Shown here: in pieces, positions 56,781 to 64,000 of the stretch
Position numbering within the stretch: the stretch's first letter is position 1
Layout of the letters: every line of letters starts with the position of its first letter
NCBI GenBank assembly: GCA_944380935.1
Contig: CALWJF010000027.1
Location: 4,082 to 68,081 of the forward strand
Source: an uncultured Clostridia bacterium
Lineage (GTDB): Bacteria; Bacillota; Clostridia; Oscillospirales; QAMX01
Length of the DNA: 64,000 nucleotides
Direction: 5' to 3'
Translations under genes and position numbers: made by a program
The notes under the pieces: generated by a model
What the model was told of the DNA's origin: nothing
Database searches by the model: none
The model's input: the letters and a program-made list of their open reading frames with translations, nothing else

Positions 56781-56819
56781 AAACGGTCCCCGGTTTTTTC
56801 CGGGGACCGTTTGTGTTTG
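56781..56819 (+). terminator. intrinsic terminator
   Basis: 13-bp stem AAACGGTCCCCGG-tttttt-CCGGGGACCGTTT followed by a T-rich tail. Confidence 0.7.
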
Positions 56820-56950
56820 CATTTTTTTCTTTTTTTTGCTATAGTATAAAGGCTTAAAACACCAAGCCGCGCCATCAGGCGCAAAGAACTGCTGTTATGA
56901 CAAGCTTACATAGTATATCCCAATGGTTTGCCTGTGAGGAGAGTGAAACA

Positions 56951-57622
56951 ATGCGATTTCCTTGTCTTGTATTGGATCACGACGATACCGTCGTGGATTC
57001 AACTGCCTCAATCCATTATCCTGCCTTCCGGGCTTATATGGAAAAGAATCGGCCGAACCAAATTTATACGCTCAAAACCTATTTTGAAAAAAGTTTTGAG
57101 CCGGGATTTTTCCGCTTTTATACGGAAGAATTGGGATTTTCACAAAAGGAGTTGGAAGAGGAGTTTTGCTTTTGGCAGGAATTTGTAAAAGATCATCTGC
57201 CAAAGGCATATCCGGGGATGCAGGAACTGCTGTTGCGGCACCGTCGGGCCGGCGGGAAGATCGCGGTGACAACCCATTCGCTTTCCGCGATCGTTTTGCG
57301 TGATTATCGTGAAAATGGATTGCCGGAACCAGATCGGATTTTTGGCTGTGAACTGCCGCCGGAGCAATGCAAGCCCTATCCATGGCCACTGCATCAATTA
57401 ATGAAAATGTATGGGTTTTCTCCTGAACAGCTTTTGGTAATTGATGACTTAAAGCCGGGTTATGAGATGGCCCGTGCGGCTGGTGTGGCTTTTGCAGCAG
57501 TCGGATGGGCAAATAACATTGAACAGATTTATCAGTTTATGCATTCCCATAGTGATTTTTATTTTCGAAACGTAGCAGAACTGGCTGCTTTTCTGCAAGA
57601 ACAAAATGAATATCCGGCATAA
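56951..57622 (+). CDS. HAD family hydrolase (phosphatase)
   Basis: Motif I LVLDHDDTVVDS, and motif IV-like VIDDLKPGYEMARAAG. Start at MRFPC after GGAGAG. Confidence 0.75.
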   Translation: MRFPCLVLDHDDTVVDSTASIHYPAFRAYMEKNRPNQIYTLKTYFEKSFEPGFFRFYTEELGFSQKELEEEFCFWQEFVKDHLPKAYPGMQELLLRHRRAGGKIAVTTHSLSAIVLRDYRENGLPEPDRIFGCELPPEQCKPYPWPLHQLMKMYGFSPEQLLVIDDLKPGYEMARAAGVAFAAVGWANNIEQIYQFMHSHSDFYFRNVAELAAFLQEQNEYPA

Positions 57623-57656
57623 AAATGAAACAGGCGTTTGAACGGCATTCGAGTTT

Positions 57657-58229
57657 TCAAGCTCGTGTAAGCCGCGCAAGGATCTGCTGAATTGTGCGCA
57701 TGCCGGAAGTTTGAGAATGTGTGATTGTATGCAGGACAGGTGCAAGTTGGGGACAGATGTGGAAACGCAGCGCATTTTCTGCCATACGGACAGCGCCTGT
57801 ATGGTGCGGAATTAATTCCCGTAAAAAATCGGCATTTATGTTATTGCTCTCTTGCGCGTTTTGCATTTCATAGAACATGGTACGGATAATGCGCTGATTG
57901 CTTTTCTGATATAGATAGATTTCCTGCCGTGTGTTTATCGGCGTTTCACAGGCGGGGCGTATTGCCTGCAGATCGGCGATGTTTTTGGTTTGCGTGGAGA
58001 GGATTGTTTCTGCAATATCTTGTACTTTAATATGGGTTGTATACTGTAAAATGTTGCGTGCCATTTCAACGGCAGCTTCATGATGCGGCAGTATTTGTGA
58101 TATAAAATAACCGGATATACTGGATTCGGCTTCAATCCCCGTCATTTTATGCACCATTTTATCAAGAATCTCATAATATTGATATAAATAGGCGTTGGTG
58201 ACATTGCTGAAATAGTTTTGACGGTCCAT
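57657..58229 (-). CDS. DUF305 domain protein (four-helix bundle, two HHxxAxxMA motifs), no signal peptide
   Basis: ILPHHEAAVEMAR and LIPHHTGAVRMAE repeats. AAAGGAGG upstream. Confidence 0.65.
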   Translation of the reverse strand: MDRQNYFSNVTNAYLYQYYEILDKMVHKMTGIEAESSISGYFISQILPHHEAAVEMARNILQYTTHIKVQDIAETILSTQTKNIADLQAIRPACETPINTRQEIYLYQKSNQRIIRTMFYEMQNAQESNNINADFLRELIPHHTGAVRMAENALRFHICPQLAPVLHTITHSQTSGMRTIQQILARLTRA

Positions 58230-58311
58230 TGTTTACCTCCTTTCCCGGTTTATACTATGAATAGGATGCAGGGAAGGTTACGCAAGATGGTATGGAAACT
58301 GTGTTCAGGAT

Positions 58312-58353
58312 AAAGAAAAACGGCCGGCAGGAATATATATTCCTGCCGGCCGT
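58312..58353 (-). terminator. intrinsic terminator (perfect palindrome) abutting the stop codon
   Basis: ACGGCCGGCAGGAATAT/ATATTCCTGCCGGCCGT followed on the minus strand by TTTTTCTTT. Confidence 0.7.
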
Positions 58354-59025
58354 TTATTCGAAAAATCTGTTTTTTGGTAAGGCTGATGCGTTAACATGCG
58401 TCTTTCTTCCAAACCGCAACACAATGACGATTCCAAGCAACGCTGCAACGCATCCCATAAGGATACCGAAACGGCCATTGGTTTCCGGGGGAACAGAAAT
58501 TCCATCTGCGGAAAAAGAAAGAATGGCAGTTTGCGTTAAAACCAGACAGATTAAGGATGCTGCAAGATTAATGCATTTTAAAGTGAAGGGAACCGGCGTT
58601 CGGCTCTTTCTTGTCAGAAAGACGCCTCGGATATCTAACGTAAGTTCCGTGAATGTGAATGCGGCAATCCCAAGGGCCAGATAAATGGGATAATATATGT
58701 TGCTGGGATGAAACCACTGATGCAGGGAGTAGAGCATATACAGTAGACTTGACGCAATTAAAACCCATCCTGCATAGCGGCAATAGCGTTTTTCGGCGGA
58801 TAAATCCAGACGCTTTGCCATTGCCGGAAATAGACAGAGCTTTGCGGTCAATATACCAAAGGTGTAAAATGCGTTTATACAAGTAAAAAAAGAGGAAGAT
58901 AATAGCCCGATGACAAGTTTCCCGATTCCGATCAGAGCACTGCCGGTCCAAACGATATAGGTTTGCCGGCGGAGTTTATTCGGCCTTTTGGAGGCAGAAT
59001 CTGGGTCGTTTGGGTACTTTAACAT
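58354..59025 (-). CDS. hypothetical polytopic membrane protein
   Basis: About 5-6 hydrophobic helices. Start at MLKYPND, 8 nt after AAGGAG. No family recognised. Confidence 0.5.
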   Translation of the reverse strand: MLKYPNDPDSASKRPNKLRRQTYIVWTGSALIGIGKLVIGLLSSSFFTCINAFYTFGILTAKLCLFPAMAKRLDLSAEKRYCRYAGWVLIASSLLYMLYSLHQWFHPSNIYYPIYLALGIAAFTFTELTLDIRGVFLTRKSRTPVPFTLKCINLAASLICLVLTQTAILSFSADGISVPPETNGRFGILMGCVAALLGIVIVLRFGRKTHVNASALPKNRFFE

Positions 59026-59074
59026 AGCGAAGTCTCCTTGCATTTATGAAAAATCGGGGATGTAGCAGGAAGGC

Positions 59075-59608
59075 TTATGAAAAAAGCAGGTAAAAATATA
59101 AAGCGGTCTCCTTCGCATAGGGTCCGGCGGAATACAGCATTTGATCAATACCACCCAGACGAAAACCGTATTTCATATAGAATCGGCAGGCAAGCAGATT
59201 CCAGTCCTGCGTTTCCAGACAGATGCCGCAAAGCCCGCTGCCTTTTGCCCAACCTACCGCTGCATCCATCAACCGTGTCCCTAATCCGTGTCCGCGAAAC
59301 GACTGATCAACTGCAAGATTTTCTATAAACGCCAGTTGATTCCAGTTGCGCCGCACACGTATGTCACCGACACAACATGCATCCCATAAAGCCAGAAAAA
59401 TTATCTGATCCGGATTTTCCAGATATGTGTCCTGATCATAGATGTCGTCGGGATAAATCTTTTGGCAGGGTTCTTTTAAAAGCTGTTCAAATGTTGACCA
59501 GTTTTTTCCGTCGTATTGTGGGACAAGACGTCCAATGATGGGAAACGGCTCTTGTGCATGCGGGAGTAAGGTACGTGTCTGTGCGGTAAAGGGAACGACT
59601 AACTCCAT
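59075..59608 (-). CDS. GNAT acetyltransferase of the streptothricin acetyltransferase (Sat/NAT) type
   Basis: Aligns along its length with my recollection of Sat4: EPFPIIGRLVPQYDGKNWSTFE vs EPFEVIGKIIPRYENENWTFTE. Also RRNWNQLAFIENLAVDQSFRGHGLG and LETQDWNLLACRFYMKYGF. Confidence 0.6.
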   Translation of the reverse strand: MELVVPFTAQTRTLLPHAQEPFPIIGRLVPQYDGKNWSTFEQLLKEPCQKIYPDDIYDQDTYLENPDQIIFLALWDACCVGDIRVRRNWNQLAFIENLAVDQSFRGHGLGTRLMDAAVGWAKGSGLCGICLETQDWNLLACRFYMKYGFRLGGIDQMLYSAGPYAKETALYFYLLFS

Positions 59609-59739
59609 AAAACAGATCCTTTTACAAAAATAAATCGTTTAAATTGGAACATTGAGGACGCAGACTGGTAAGTTTAGATTTGGTTAAATGGAAAAATCGG
59701 ATACGAAGGAAAAAGTCAAATAAAGCGTACAGGATTGAA

Positions 59740-60354
59740 TTAAAGACGTACATGGCAAACATGGATATCTGGCTCACGATCCCAAACGCATACGGCGGCA
59801 GCGAGGCCGGGATCCGGAAGATAGGCGCGAAAACGCCAGCGCTGCACATTGCTTCTGCCGTCCGGCAGGACCCAGAAATCGCTTCCAAGACCGGGCAACC
59901 CCGATCCCAACGCTTTGGCATAGGCTTCCCGCAGGCACCAGATCTGCGCTGCTGCCACCATTTGTTGTGCCGGCATGCATCCGGCGAGAAAGCTGCGTTC
60001 AAGCGGATGGAAAAATCGCCCGATCACGGCTTTGCTGACGCGTCCAACCGCTTCCAGATCTACACCGCAGACGGCGTCATACGCTGCGCACAACGCATGA
60101 CTGTGGGTGTGGGAAAGGGAGAACTGAAACTTGGGATATTGGGGAAAATAGGGTTTCCCCGTTTCCGTACGTGCGTAATCGAAGGGAAAATCCTGGTCCG
60201 GACAGGCGTTGGAAAATGCATACCATAATAGCGCTTCGGCGCCACGCTTCTGCCGGAATACAGAAGGGTTACACAGCGTTTCCAGTTCTCGAAGGCGCGC
60301 AGGGGAGCAGGGCGTATGAATTGGCATATCCATGAGATTGAGCAAATAAATCAT
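59740..60354 (-). CDS. 4'-phosphopantetheinyl transferase, Sfp type
   Basis: Motifs GKPYFPQYPKFQFSLSHTHSHA, CGVDLE and WCLREAYAKALG. The start overlaps the stop of the upstream ABC gene. Confidence 0.75.
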   Translation of the reverse strand: MIYLLNLMDMPIHTPCSPARLRELETLCNPSVFRQKRGAEALLWYAFSNACPDQDFPFDYARTETGKPYFPQYPKFQFSLSHTHSHALCAAYDAVCGVDLEAVGRVSKAVIGRFFHPLERSFLAGCMPAQQMVAAAQIWCLREAYAKALGSGLPGLGSDFWVLPDGRSNVQRWRFRAYLPDPGLAAAVCVWDREPDIHVCHVRL

Positions 60355-62258
60355 ACCCCTGCATACCGATCAATATCATCGTTTTGCAATTGGAGCCGGG
60401 CCTGCGCTTCAACCCCGGCCAGACCCATTTGCGCGGTGTACATTTTGTAATAGAACCCGCCAAGCGCCATCAATTCATCATGTGTACCGCGTTCCACAAT
60501 ATGCCCGCCTTCCACAACCATAATGATATCAGCATCACGGATTGTTCCCAGCCGGTGCGCAATGACAAAGGTTGTGCGGCCGCGCATTAACTCGGCCATG
60601 ACCTTTTGAATGTGCATTTCCGTACGCGTATCGATGTTGGACGTCGCCTCATCCAAAATTAAAATGGGCGGGCTTGCCAATACCGCTCGGGAGATGGCCA
60701 GCATTTGCCGCTGACCGGCAGAAAGGTTTTGTCCATTATCTGCGATAATGCTGTCATACCCGTTTTCCATGCGGGAAATAAAGCTGTCTGCTCCGGCAAT
60801 GCGGGCTGCTTCCATAACTTCTTCGTCGGTGGCATCGAGTTTGCCATAGCGGATGTTATCGCGAATGCTGCCTTCAAATAAATAGGTTTCCTGTAATACT
60901 ACGCCGAAAGTCGATCGGATAAAATCGCGTGTATAATCCCGCAGATCAATGCCGTCGAGGGTAATGGAACCGTCATTAATATCATAAAACCGGGTGAGTA
61001 AATTAATGATGGTTGTCTTTCCCGCACCGGTTGGCCCGACAAAAGCAGCCCGCATATGCGGCCGGATATCCAGAGAAACATTGTCAAGCACTCGGACATC
61101 TTCCCGATACCCAAAACTGACGTTGTCAAACCGGACATGCCCGATGGTCTTATGTTCAGCAACTGCACCGGGTCGGTCGGCAATTTCTTCCGGTTCCGAC
61201 ATGATTTCAAAAACGCGTTCCGCGCCGGCAACTGCTGAAATGAAGTTGTTATAAGTATTAGCAAGTTCGTTCAGCGGCCGTGTGAATTGCTTGGCAAGGC
61301 TGACAAACGAAGCAATAACGCCAACTGACAATACCTCATGAATACAGAGCACGCCGCCAATGGCACTGATCAAAGCATAACCGAAATTATTGATAACATT
61401 GAGTACCGGCATCACAAAACCCGACCAAATGTGTGCGCGTGTACCGGAAAGGCGCAACGATTCGCTGAGTGCGTCGAAACGAGCAACAACCTGGGCTTCT
61501 CTTCCATAGGCACGTACCGTTTGAATCCCCGTGATAGATTCCTCGATATGGCTGTTTAATTCCCCAAGATAAGCCTGTTGTTCGCGGAAATAACGGCCGG
61601 TCCGCTTGGTGACGATTTTGGTCATTAAATAGATTAATGGGGTTGTTAATAGGACTGTTGCTGCTAAAATGGGACTGAGCACAAACATAGAAACCAGGGT
61701 GCCCAGAATGGTCAGTCCACCGGAGATAAGCTGCGTGACGGATTGTGCAACAGAACCGGAAATATTATCCATATCGTTGGTCAGGCGGCTCATGATATCG
61801 CCCGACTCATGGGTGTCGAAAAAAGCAAGCGACAGTTTTTGCAGCTTGGCAAACAAGGCAGTGCGCAAGCGGTTGACAAATTGTTGGGATACTCCTGCCA
61901 TAATGTAACCACGCAGGAAAATCAAGATTAAATCTGTCAGATAAACGACAGCGAGAATCAGGATAATCTTATGCAACAAAGTAAAATTTGCCTGCCCGGG
62001 GATTAGTCCCATTGCATCTACAATTCTGCCGACCAGAATCGGGATGGCTACGCCAAGCGCGGAAATTGCTGCAGCAATACCGACCACAAGAAAAAGCCAA
62101 TATTTTAAATTTCCCATAAAATGCCAGAGCATTTTACAGGTACCTTTGAAATCTTTGGCATGACGCACCGGTGCGCCACGCATGCGCCCGCCGCCGCCTC
62201 CCATGCCGCGCATACCGCCAATGGATGCGCGTGCGTCGGATTGATACCGATCCATCAA
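60351..62258 (-). CDS. ABC exporter fused permease/ATPase subunit with Gly/Arg/Met-rich N-terminal tail
   Basis: 635 aa. Walker A GPTGAGKTT, signature LSAGQRQ, Walker B ILDEATS. N-terminal stretch GGMRGMGGGGGRMRG...KDFKGT. Confidence 0.9.
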   Translation of the reverse strand: MMDRYQSDARASIGGMRGMGGGGGRMRGAPVRHAKDFKGTCKMLWHFMGNLKYWLFLVVGIAAAISALGVAIPILVGRIVDAMGLIPGQANFTLLHKIILILAVVYLTDLILIFLRGYIMAGVSQQFVNRLRTALFAKLQKLSLAFFDTHESGDIMSRLTNDMDNISGSVAQSVTQLISGGLTILGTLVSMFVLSPILAATVLLTTPLIYLMTKIVTKRTGRYFREQQAYLGELNSHIEESITGIQTVRAYGREAQVVARFDALSESLRLSGTRAHIWSGFVMPVLNVINNFGYALISAIGGVLCIHEVLSVGVIASFVSLAKQFTRPLNELANTYNNFISAVAGAERVFEIMSEPEEIADRPGAVAEHKTIGHVRFDNVSFGYREDVRVLDNVSLDIRPHMRAAFVGPTGAGKTTIINLLTRFYDINDGSITLDGIDLRDYTRDFIRSTFGVVLQETYLFEGSIRDNIRYGKLDATDEEVMEAARIAGADSFISRMENGYDSIIADNGQNLSAGQRQMLAISRAVLASPPILILDEATSNIDTRTEMHIQKVMAELMRGRTTFVIAHRLGTIRDADIIMVVEGGHIVERGTHDELMALGGFYYKMYTAQMGLAGVEAQARLQLQNDDIDRYAGV

Positions 62259-63994
62259 AGCACCTCTTTCCCGTCTACTGCCTGGGCTAACGCTTCACGC
62301 CCATATTGGCTTGCATATATATCCCGATAGACCTGTGACTTTTGCAAAAGCTCTTCATGTGTGCCGACACCGTCGCAAATGCCGTCATCCAAAACAACAA
62401 TGCGGTCACAGTCCAGAATAGAACTGATTTTTTGTGAAATAATCAGGAGCCCGCGTTCCTGTGCTTCCTCTGCTAACGCTTGCCGGATGGATGCTTCTGT
62501 CAGGGCATCTACAGCGCTGAGACAGTCGTCTAGAATCAAAATTTTTGGCTTTTTGATCAAGGCACGTGCGATTGCGACACGTTGGCGCTGCCCTCCGGAT
62601 AAATTAACGCCGCTATGACCCAGCATGGTTTCGTATCCTTCCTGGAAATCCTGGATAAATCCATCGGCCTGTGCGGCCTGTGCGGCGGCACGAATTTCTT
62701 CCATATCCGCATTCTCATTGCCCCAACGAATATTTTCCAAAATGCTGCCGGTAAAAAGCGTGATACGCTGCGTAACGACAGCGAGATGGTCACGCACCTC
62801 TGCGGGAGAACAACATGTTGCATCCGCACCAAATATGCGGACTTTACCTTCGCTCGGCTGGTAAAACTGCAGGATCAGGGAGATTAATGTTGTTTTCCCG
62901 GACCCGGTAGAACCGATTACACCAACTTTTTCCCCGACACCGCAGGAAAAGCTGATATTTTTCAACGCAGGTTTTTTGCCACGATAAGAAAAACTTACGT
63001 TTTTGAACTCAATTCCCTGTTCTAAATCAAGAGGCTGCGGATTTTGGGGATCGAGCTGCAGATGATTGGAATCCAAAACCTCATTAATTCGCGCAATACT
63101 TGCCTTGACGCGTACAACGCGGTTGAAAATGTTGGAAATCATGTTTAGGGACATCAGAATTTGGGTCATATAGGAATAGAATGCAATAATATCGCCGCTT
63201 TGCATTGCACCTTCGTTGACCAGTGTTCCGCCGCGTGTAAAAATCATCACAATGCCAAAGTAAATAATCAGGGTTACAGTGGGATTAAATATGGAAATAA
63301 CGCGTGCAGCATGTACGGAAGTTCGGCGCAGCTCTTCATTGGGTACGGCAAAGCGGGAGACTTCATATTTGAAACGATTAAACGCTTTGACTACACGTAC
63401 ACCGGACAAATATTCCCGCATGACCGTGTTAACACGATCAAGCGCGGCCTGTACTTTTGCATAGAGCGGGAAGCCAATGCGCAGGTTGAGATAGATGACG
63501 AAGAAGATCACCGGGATTAGACACAGCGGAATAATGGCCAGACGTGCATTAATACGAAAAGCCATAATCACGCTGCCGATGCACAGGATAGGAGCGCGGA
63601 TAAAGGCGCGCATCATGCTGTGCGACAGGTTTTGGATCTGCGTAACGTCATTGGTCATACGTGTCATCAGTGTACCGGTGCCAAAACGGTCCAGTTCATC
63701 CGGGGCCAGGGTTTGAATTTTCCGGTAGAGATCGGAACGCAGCATATAACCGACCCGTTCAGAGCCTATACTGGAAAAAACCGAACGTCCGACAGCAGCA
63801 AAACCAGTCACAGCAACAATGGCGATCATGATTGCTGCAGTGCGTAGTACATAGGGCATGTCATTGTTCGCAATTCCTATGTCAACAATATCGCTTAAAA
63901 GGGAAGGCTGTAACAGATCGGCGACCGCTTCTGCGACCACGCATAGTACGGAAAGCAGGTATACCGGCCATACTTTTTTTAAATAAGTAAGCAA
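62255..63994 (-). CDS. ABC exporter fused permease/ATPase subunit (start near or beyond the window edge)
   Basis: 579 aa from a TTG at 63994. The frame stays open to position 64000. Walker A GSTGSGKTT, signature LSGGQRQR, Walker B ILDDCLSAVD. Confidence 0.85.
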   Translation of the reverse strand: MLTYLKKVWPVYLLSVLCVVAEAVADLLQPSLLSDIVDIGIANNDMPYVLRTAAIMIAIVAVTGFAAVGRSVFSSIGSERVGYMLRSDLYRKIQTLAPDELDRFGTGTLMTRMTNDVTQIQNLSHSMMRAFIRAPILCIGSVIMAFRINARLAIIPLCLIPVIFFVIYLNLRIGFPLYAKVQAALDRVNTVMREYLSGVRVVKAFNRFKYEVSRFAVPNEELRRTSVHAARVISIFNPTVTLIIYFGIVMIFTRGGTLVNEGAMQSGDIIAFYSYMTQILMSLNMISNIFNRVVRVKASIARINEVLDSNHLQLDPQNPQPLDLEQGIEFKNVSFSYRGKKPALKNISFSCGVGEKVGVIGSTGSGKTTLISLILQFYQPSEGKVRIFGADATCCSPAEVRDHLAVVTQRITLFTGSILENIRWGNENADMEEIRAAAQAAQADGFIQDFQEGYETMLGHSGVNLSGGQRQRVAIARALIKKPKILILDDCLSAVDALTEASIRQALAEEAQERGLLIISQKISSILDCDRIVVLDDGICDGVGTHEELLQKSQVYRDIYASQYGREALAQAVDGKEVL

Positions 63995-64000
63995 TAGTTT

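Overview
This 64-kb window looks like a Firmicutes/Clostridia-type chromosome (spore-former, roughly 50% GC judged by eye) and is mostly core housekeeping. From left to right it contains the following. (1) A minus-strand block holding a bPH-domain gene, a PadR-DUF2812-GNAT operon, a MarR-controlled heterodimeric ABC exporter operon and a NifS-type cysteine desulfurase. (2) The origin-proximal hallmark cluster rpmH-rnpA-yidD-yidC-jag-mnmE-mnmG-rsmG on the plus strand, with no dnaA/dnaN or parAB nearby, followed by secG and pcrA on the minus strand. (3) An unusual XRE-HTH protein fused to Trp/Glu-rich tandem repeats and a GSGD beta-helix (DUF2807-like) domain. (4) A tightly coupled 8-gene operon: tagA-like, thyX, tmk, DUF2156, 5-formyl-THF cyclo-ligase, CPBP protease, mltG and a metallophosphoesterase. 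(5) The complete S10-spc-alpha ribosomal protein cluster (rpsJ to rplQ, including secY, adk, map, infA, rpoA), preceded by a consensus promoter and an unusually long structured leader of about 420 nt. (6) A lower-GC Rrf2/MATE/lipoprotein block, GH31 and GH3 glycosidases, SanA, and a THF-riboswitch-controlled folT. (7) A Phe T-box leader with pheS-pheT, a CotF-like pair, a HAD phosphatase, a DUF305 protein, a streptothricin-acetyltransferase-like GNAT, and an Sfp-type PPTase coupled to a second heterodimeric ABC exporter pair. I found no rRNA, tRNA, CRISPR array, transposase, integrase or recognisable phage-defence module. I could not identify a clear multi-gene novel system. The items most worth a second look are an in-frame TAA inside the essential S14 (rpsZ) gene, the HTH/tandem-repeat/beta-helix chimera with its palindromic operators, and the long structured leader with an attenuator-like hairpin upstream of rpsJ. 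All calls come from reading the sequence and ORF translations against remembered family motifs. No database search was run.
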